64,000 nt of DNA from Eledone cirrhosa. Taxonomy: Eukaryota. The notes under the pieces were generated by a model. That model was not told the origin of the DNA. It saw nothing but the letters and a program-made list of their open reading frames with translations, and searched no databases. Shown here in pieces: positions 53,943 through 64,000 of the stretch; the first letter of the stretch is position 1, and every line of letters starts with the position of its first letter. A program made the translations under genes and the position numbers. The stretch covers positions 16,058,001 to 16,122,000 of the forward strand of contig OZ024742.1 of the NCBI GenBank assembly GCA_964016885.1, in the 5' to 3' direction.

Positions 53943-54883
53943 GTGCATACGCATATACGCATACAAACACATACAGTCACTTATACTCGCACTGATTAAA
54001 ACATACAAACACATACAGGCACTTATACTCGCACTGATTAAAACATACAAACACAGATACCAATTACATTTTTAGTTTATTTTTTAAACTTTAGATTGAA
54101 AATAGTTTTAGAAAATACATTAAAAAATAAATTAATTTTCCAAGTTAATTCGATTTTCTTATAGAAAAGAATAACGGGATATACAGGAAGGTCTTGTAAT
54201 TATTTTGTTTTTATATATCTTTAATGATCTTTTCAGAGTGTCGTTTAGATGTCTTAATTTTGTAATGTTTTGAATTAAGAAGAGATTTCTAGAATACTCT
54301 TTTCAATTTACTCAACGTCTTTAGTTTAGTAAAATGCAGATAGACACACAAACACACACACGCTCTCTCTCACACACACTATCTCTCACTCTCACACACA
54401 CATTCTCTCTCACACACACACACTATCTCTCACTCTCACACACACACTCTCTCTCACACACACACTATCTCTCCCTCTCACACACACACACACATACATG
54501 GATTGGTCGCTAGATCAATAAAAAGGTCAACAAGGAAAAACAACGAAGAACAATAAAATACAAAGGTGTTTTTTTTAGTTTAATGCCTGATATAATTGGG
54601 AGAGAGTCTTGTATGTATATATATATATATATTTCGTTTCTGAATTTGTTTAGCAAGATTCTTTATCTGAAATCGTGTGTTGAAACCGATATTGTTATAC
54701 TTTGGGAGGGTCATGTTGCCAATAAGAAACACACGCACCAGTTGCTTTCACTTCAATTTATTATAATAAATTTATAATAAATTTATAATAAATTTATAAA
54801 TTTATAAATTTCTGGTTGGTTGGTTGGTTCCACAACCAGATAGTTGTTTATATATTGTCATAGTTCTTTATAAGGTTTTTTTT

Positions 54884-55760
<877 letters not shown>

Positions 55761-55929
55761 AGCGATTTAAACATCCGTATAGAGCTAGTAAACCGTGACA
55801 GATTAGTTGAGAAGTAAAATAAGTGAAAATTCAAATAAAATAGAATAAAAAATATAAATAGGGAAGGCCAACTGTAGGCAAAATAAAACAAAAAAACAAT
55901 AACGAAAAAATGTGAAGCAGGGGAATCTT

Positions 55930-56165
55930 TTCGTAATCTCCATGTACTTAAACATTTTGTATATGGTTAGTAGATGTTTTACAATATATATTATCTTCAA
56001 TCTTGATACTTTCTTAATGATCAGCTTCACGATGTCCTCTCTCTTACACTGATAGTGCCAAAGAGTTTCTAGGAAGTCACCACAAAAACATAGAAGTGAT
56101 TCTCTACGACCACTTCGCGATAGAATGTAATTCAATGGAATATGTCCAGTTTGAAGCCAGCATAG
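55930..56165 (-). mobile_element. 3' fragment of an I/Jockey-group LINE (C-terminal zinc knuckle region)
   Basis: WLQTGHIPLNYILSRSGRRESLLCFCGDFLETLWHYQC resembles the LxTGH..L...L.R.G....C.CG...ET..H...C LINE C-terminus. Confidence 0.55.
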
Positions 56166-56201
56166 TCTTCTTTTTATTAACATTGCTCAATGTCTGGTGA
56201 A

Positions 56202-56340
56202 GGCGCATGGCTTAGTGGTTAGAGCATTGGGATTGCAATCAAAAGGTTGTGAGTTCAATTCTCGGACCAGGTGATGTGTTGTTTCCTTGAGCAAGACACT
56301 TTATTTCACGTTACTCCAGTTTACTCAGCTGTAGAAATGA
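56202..56340 (+). mobile_element. tRNA-headed SINE, second family
   Basis: ggcgcatggcttagtggttagagc (A box) ... gagttcaattc (B box), then ccttgagcaagacactttatttcac (CORE-like body). Confidence 0.8.
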
Positions 56341-56810
56341 GATGATAGGACCTGGGTCCCTATCATTAAATCCCCAAAGACACCTACAACGAGATATACC
56401 TTGGAGGAGGCCAGCTAAACCTGCATAGGTGTGAACTGTCACACACACTCACACATAATGTCTGATATAATTTAAATGTTGTCAGATCTGGTTGAGAAAG
56501 TGGGGAGTTGAAATTTGAGAGATTATCTCAAGATTCTTAACTAAAATTTTCCCATATTTGATTAGTTATATTTTTACTAATACCTGCGATAGGTTTGGGA
56601 TGTAATCTTCAGAAAACAAGTTTAATAGTGAATCGTAACACCAGCTCTGCTCTGATTGCGCAGACCTGTGATCAAAGTCATTCCAGCCGTGAACATACTG
56701 CTTTGTTCAGATACAATATATCTAGGAATACGTGTTCTTTTTTAAGACTGAAGGATGCGTTTGAGGAAGATGATGTTACTATTTCTATTAAGCTGAGTAA
56801 CTAATTATAT

Positions 56811-56994
56811 AATTGTTTCTACTTTTGGCACAAGGCCAGCAATTACCCAGTGTATTACTGGTACTTTATTTTATCGACCCCGTAAGGATGAAAAGAAAAG
56901 TTAACCTCGGCGGGATTTGAACTCAGAATGGTAAGGGCCGTAACTCTATGCGTCAAAGCATGGTGTCCGACCCTCTACCGATACTTCCAATCCA
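56811..56994 (-). mobile_element. tRNA-derived SINE
   Basis: Reverse complement of the 4848 family. Confidence 0.85.
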
Positions 56995-59767
56995 CGAACC
57001 AACAAGTGACACTGAATTGATTTGCTTAACATGCTGGAAATAACAGTTAAATATCATTTAAATCCCATCTTAAAATATTTTAAAAGGCGAACATCTGATA
57101 ATGTAGAGCTTTATATACTGTGTCGCTAAAGAAATGGTCAAAGTTAGAGTGACTAGGATGGAATTTGTTACGGGTTTCGCTCAACATTTGTTTAGTCCTT
57201 CTCTCTTGACAGCGCTTCTTAATGATTTTCAGATGATAGTCAAAAATTGAAAATAAAAAATAAATTAATCATGACTAAAACTAATAAATTGTATTTATAG
57301 TCTTCACTACAAATTGTTTTTTTTCACCATTTTTGATGTAGGAATATATTTAGTGAGGAATAATTTAATATCTAATTAAGAAACAAAAGATAATTTAGTA
57401 CTGCAATACGGGAAATGGTTGATTATTTAGTCAGGAATTCTATATACGATAAGTCTACAAAATAATGACACTGAATTTCATTGCTTCAAAACTCAAAACA
57501 CCAGAGAAAAGCTAATTAATTTTACAATTATGGCGATTTACTAAATTTATTTTTGAAGGTAATTTATTTTATGAAAATGGATATTGGGAAACCTCAAGAA
57601 AATGATTGATGTTTTGTATACATAATTATAATATGGTCTGGTCTTAAAGTGTGTTTCATACACACACACACCAGGTCTGAACACAAAAGAACCAACCTAC
57701 CACAATCACTGCCTCCGTCTCTCATTATTAAGAGAAAATGGGGACCCTGGCGCTGGCAGACCCACGACCCCGGAATACAGAATATAACTATGGTCTATCA
57801 CTTGTTATTTAATAGTTTCACTTACAGCAATAGTATGACGTTTTTATGTCTTACGTTTAATTGTGTTTCGGGAGTTTTAAAGGAAAACCAAAGAATGTCT
57901 TTGTCAGAATGTCGCGTTTGTGTGACAGACTGACAGAAAAGAAAATGTAATACGATTATCACCAAATCGATCGATTCCTTATTGTTAAATACAGGAGATT
58001 TTAGTCTTGAATTATATATGACGATACAACAATTCCTATGTGGTGTACTTTACTACAATATGTATTATGTACTTTTTTGTTTTCTTTTTTTTATAATTAT
58101 TTAGCGTCAAACAGTGTCATGGAATCTTAGAATATTATATAAAAGTTATTTTTAAGTTAAGATTTAGTAACATTAATTCGAAAATATTTGGGTTCATAAT
58201 TTAAAAACCCCAGTCTCTTTGCAAACTCTCCTCATGTCCAACTTTCCTCCTTTTTACAGTTATATTCCATAGCTACCATTAATAAAACTGTATATTTAAA
58301 TAATATAATTTTCGTATTTAAGCTGCATCTTAAGTTATATTCTAATTAAAATTAGTTTCTTGGTTTTATTTGTTAGACTTGAAAACCCCGATTCATCGTG
58401 GTATGTTGTAGTTAATGGGTGAACACTCATTCATTTCTAAAAAGAAAAAATGTTTTTTTTTCTAACATTTAAGCAGAATGCACTGATAGATTCTATATTT
58501 TTATTCAAATTATAATTGTCACTTCATTTTGTATTTTAATAATAATCTAACCTTGAAATCTACCAATATTCACAATAACTCACATCATTAATGTTAGCGA
58601 AATGGAATTCGTACCCAATTACATTTTCTGCATTTTCTGTCGTGATTGATTTGTTATCAATGTTGTTAGATGGTGCAATATATTCTGTACCTCATTAAAA
58701 TTGTCACCGCAATCTTTTTTGAGTAGATTGCTCCACTTTGAACATTTCTTTTCTGTATTGAACCAATAATTGTTTGATTACGGCCTTATAGAGATATATT
58801 TAAACCATTAAATTCAGAATATGGGAATGATAATCTAATTGAACCATTCACTTGAAATCTGAAAATCTTGAAGATAAAGAATGATTTCTTTTTCAGATAA
58901 AAATATTTCTATCTTCATTTCGTAGGGACAACTAACTGCAGATAACAATTTGATCTCTGAATTATATATTAGATCGTTATATTGAGATTTGATTGAAGAA
59001 GAAAAGTCACCGAAATATGTGTTATTGAGAAATTTTACAATTTACACTTTATCACCCAGGATTAGAATAAGCTCTGATTCTGAACTTCATGAAGTAAAAC
59101 TTTCTCTATACTAACACAATGGAAAACGTTAATATGAGTGTTAATTTCCCCTACTTTTCAGCTAAACCGTTGACTAGCTCTATATATTGCTAATGCACTG
59201 TCAGTGCATATACTGAAACATTCATTTCAGTAGAATTATATACATTAAAGAAATAGTAAAACAAATTGTTTGGTTTGGTTTTCGCTTCAGTTTCACTATA
59301 CATATTTTTTATATTTCCATGAATAATTTAGCTGGCAATTAACGTTTATCATTGATTGACCAACAGTTAAATGTATAAATATAAATATATTTCTTAAAGT
59401 TTTTTCGTCACACATTTCTGTTTCAACCCACGATTTCATATAAAAAACCTTGCAAAACAAATATATTTATTAAAATAAAAGGAATAAACTATTTAAAAGG
59501 TGTTCCTGTTGCTGAAGAAGGAAAACAGTTTACAGAACAAAATACTTTTATCCCCGGAATGTAGCAGAGAACCCCTTGGGCATCTTTACCCACTTTCTCG
59601 GAATATAGCACAGAATCCCTTAGGTATCTTTACCCACATCGACCCATTTAACTTAATATCAAATATTTCATATCGCTTTTGTAGGGGTTGATCTCCATAT
59701 TTAAAATAAAACCTTTCAAAATATCATGTATATATATATCTATATATCTATATATCTATATATATAT

Positions 59768-60708
59768 ATATTTATTAAAATAACAGGTTAAAGTTTAAGC
59801 AAAGAATCGCTGCTTTCACCCTTAACGGGATCTTCTGAAACTAACAAAGTCAATCTGTAAACGCAGAAGTGGATATTTCAAAAAACTTTGCAACCGGAGG
59901 AAGACAGGAAGACGATACTTTGGTTCGTGGAAACGTTCCCTGGCAAAGAACGGGAAAAAACGAATATATATACGTCATTATTTATTTATTTGTATACACG
60001 CACACACACACACACACACACATATTTATATGTGCGTGGTTTTGTATACCTATGGTAAGTGTTTTCGCGTATGCTTGTGTATGTACGTATTTGTATGCGT
60101 GTATGTATTTATTTAATTTCTATTACCTCTGTATTGTATTTATTTACTTTATTCTTAACTCTGAAGCGGAGATTCATTCGGTCTCCTAGTTAGAATTTTA
60201 GTCTACGTCTTCTGCTATACCATTTACGTGGTTTTGTCTTTGCGTGCAATTGTTCTCCACGATCCACATATGATGTATTATCTTCGTTTTTTCCGTCCAT
60301 TGCCAGAGAACGTCTCTATGAAACACCTAAGAGAACATTAGTCTACGACCTCTTTTATACCATAAACGTGGTTCTGTCTTTGCGCGTAATTGTTTTTCAC
60401 CGCTCCTATTAATGACGTATTATTCGTTTTTTTCCCGTTCTTTGCCAGGGAACGTTTCCACGAACCAAAGTATCGTCTTCCTGTCTTCCTCCGGTTGCAA
60501 CGTTTTTTGAAATATCCACTTCTGCGTTTACAGATTGACTTTGTTAGTTTCAGAAGATCCCGTTAAGGGTGAAAGCAGCGATTCTTTGCTTAAACTTTAA
60601 TCTGTTATTTTAATAAATATTTGCTCTACGGTTCTTATATATTTGATATATATTTATCCTTATCGAGCCCTCTTTGGATTTTAGTCTTCAAATTTATTAT
60701 TATTACTA
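59768..60708. mobile_element. Inverted-repeat insert (~200-bp arms) with variant hammerhead and internal ~140-bp tandem duplication
   Basis: 59768-59965 is the reverse complement of 60421-60620; 60198-60320 and 60338-60460 are direct repeats; tail to 60708; (TA)n flanks. Confidence 0.85.
60546..60596 (+). ncRNA. Variant type I hammerhead-like motif (CAGAAGA core)
   Basis: agttt-CAGAAGA-tcccgttaagggt-GAAA-gca-gcgattctt-tgc-TT-aaact. All three stems pair; the same core is in the minus-strand copies at ~3355-3405 and ~59793-59843. Confidence 0.55.
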
Positions 60709-60731
60709 TATATATATATATATATATATAT

Positions 60732-64000
<3,269 letters not shown>

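Noticed and set aside
56202-56275. Possible tRNA gene
   Set aside because: Acceptor stem does not close convincingly and it runs into a SINE body; called as a SINE head.
58600-58900. Possible minus-strand host exon (FQVNGSIRLSFPYSEFNGLNISL*GRNQTIIG...)
   Set aside because: In-frame stop, no recognisable domain and no partner exons.

Overview
Eukaryotic, AT-rich, repeat-saturated genomic DNA with no recognisable host gene. The SINE families and microsatellite density look cephalopod (octopus-like); this is an inference. The most striking structure is invisible to the ORF track: two arrays (8690-12713 and 60732-63650) of a nearly invariant, highly self-complementary 310-bp monomer. Each monomer carries a minimal type I hammerhead ribozyme motif (gtagtc-CTGATGA-stem II-GAAA-CGCG-TA-gattac), 21 complete copies in total, so these resemble non-LTR retrozymes. 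Both arrays sit in (TA)n and flip polarity internally, with the inverted arm starting within 5-9 nt of the predicted cleavage site. Several other hammerhead-bearing inverted-repeat inserts with the same outward-pointing geometry occupy neighbouring (TA)n tracts. A degenerate Penelope-like element (RT + GIY-YIG + its own hammerhead) is the plausible mobilising class. The window also holds five head-to-tail Tx1-type LINEs separated by (TATC)n (20371-37060), two bipartite RTE-derived elements in (CATA)n, a 12.8-kb 27-bp minisatellite, tRNA-derived SINEs and Helitron-like repeats. All ribozyme calls are motif-plus-pairing predictions made by eye; activity is untested.
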